Positions 62,500-64,000 of a stretch of 64,000 nucleotides of DNA are shown one piece after another; within the stretch, counting starts at the first letter, position 1, and every line of letters starts with the position of its first letter. Both the position numbers and the translations under genes were made by a program. The stretch is taken from positions 22,940,001 to 23,004,000 of the forward strand of contig CM060731.1 of assembly GCA_030704615.1 (NCBI GenBank). Reading direction: 5' to 3'. The DNA comes from Takakia lepidozioides. Taxonomy: Eukaryota; Plantae; Bryophyta. The notes under the pieces were generated by a model. That model did not search any database. It had not been told where the DNA came from and saw only the letters and a program-made list of their open reading frames with translations.

Positions 62500-63450
62500 A
62501 GTAGATAAATATGCAAAAAATGATTGATTAGTAGATTATATATAAATCCCTAAATAATTGCGTTTGTCCAAGAACTAAGGAGCCAAAGTATTGGTCTAGT
62601 TTGTATAGACTAGAGTAGCTTGTCAATCCAAGCGGACATGTGAGAAGGTTAGAGTGCTATAAATGAGTGAGTTGTAGCTCCATGGTAAGGAAGTCTAGAA
62701 AGGTGTGGGGAGTGTAAGTGGGAGTATGCAAGGGAGAGTTTTTTTGGTTGTTTTAGGGCATTTGGGCGGAAGATCTTCTGTATAGCGTTGAAGGAGTATG
62801 GACATGTAATGCAAATGTTGACCACGTGTGCAGGGGCATAAATGATATAGTGGGTTTGAATAGAACCTCTCCCGTTACCAGATCAACCTTTGAAGTCTTA
62901 TGTTCCCAATGTAGTAACCTAGCGATCCATATATATATGTTGTGTTATTATGGGTGTGAATGTCAGATTGATATCTTTATCTAGGTTACATTTGGCTAGA
63001 GAGATATATAAGTTTGGTAGGTTTCTTGGTGGGTTGTTGTAGCATCTGTCAGATGGTTGTGGTTCCATAGCATGCTGGTTATGGATATGTGACAAGTAGT
63101 TAGTGTTGGTTTGTCAGTGATAATCGCTAATCATTTGAATATTATGTTGTAGATTATGGTTTCCACGAGAGCCAAAGAGGTTGTTGTTATGTTCCTAGGT
63201 GTTCACTTTGCTCGAGATTATTCTTTTTCATTACCACAGTACATAGTGGTGGCACATGATGTTCCATATTGGTCTATTATCATTTTTTGGGTTATGCCTT
63301 GTAAATTTTCTTAAAGCATACAGCTGGGTGTTTTGTAGGAAGGTGACCAAACGATATTGTTGTGGGTTGTAGAGACGATTATGTTTCAGTTATAGGAGCA
63401 TATGCTAAAACTTATGTTTGTAGTCTTGAGATTTTGGAGTGGTTTAAAAA
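62500..63450 (-). mobile_element. Very decayed L1-type ORF2 3' region
   Basis: Fragmentary LVTGEVL, ITCPY and ILW...W..RN-like motifs across frames. Confidence 0.3.
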
Positions 63451-64000
63451 CAACAACCCGGTCGAACATTTGAGTAGCCACAATTTCAACCATCCCAAAT
63501 AGTTTGCAAACTCGAGGGAAAAAACCTTGCGCATCCTACTTATATGCACTGATTATGAAGAACAACCTCTGCAATGGACAGTCAAAGCAGTTTTTGCAAA
63601 TCAAAGCGAGCTTCAGACTTCACTCCACAACTATGTTACGGCCCTTTGCCTCAAGGGGGAAGAGGAATCGAGACACAAAGCGGTTGTCAAGTGATAGGGG
63701 CAGCTTTGAAATTGGCCAAGTCGATGAGGGCATCGACGACTCATTGTCGGTAGGGGAGTGTGTCACGGCCGTTTGCCTTGAGGGCAGGGATCGAGACACA
63801 TGAGGGGCTGCCCATGTGGTGGGGGCAGTGGAAAGCGGTAGTACTGGTAGTGGGGGGCTGAACGACCAAGTGAGTGCCTGGCTGAGGCACTCAACGGGGC
63901 GGAGGCACTTACTAGGCGGGGCTCCTAACCGATGGGCGGTGGGGATTCCAAGTATCTTGCGAAAGAGATGGGGGTTAACGACGTTGGTAAGTCTTGATAG

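Noticed and set aside
63500-64000. GC-rich segment with a short direct repeat (ATCGAGACACA)
   Set aside because: Cut by the window edge; probably TE-derived but unassignable.

Overview
Nuclear DNA of a non-seed land plant (bryophyte-, lycophyte- or fern-like; inferred from PLS-PPR motif style, spliceosomal GT-AG introns and gene content). Host genes: a decayed PLS-class PPR array (-), a SEC-C-motif organellar protein gene with an exon-1 frameshift (-), a complete 7-exon CCaMK/DMI3 common-symbiosis kinase with unusual regulatory-region changes (-), a large tandem double SET-domain methyltransferase gene (-), a Borealin-N-domain gene (-), plastid sigma factor SIG5 (+), mitochondrial TIM50 (+) and a long acidic repeat protein (+). 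The main accessory structure is a 12-kb transposase-less hAT-type element (23574-35598, 8-bp TSD GTTGAAAC). It carries a nested MITE with a tRNA-like insert, two mutually inverted ~77-bp palindromic repeat arrays, a purine-rich ~240-bp tandem repeat and an ORF1-only (RT-less) LINE-like unit followed by unassigned ORFs. Other mobile DNA: several copies of one non-polyA LINE family, a tRNA-derived SINE, a decayed Copia interrupted by a MITE with an atypical 5-bp TSD, and an RLE-type non-LTR retroelement with a precise internal 345-bp inversion. All calls come from reading the sequence by eye. No database search was run, and exon boundaries are manual.
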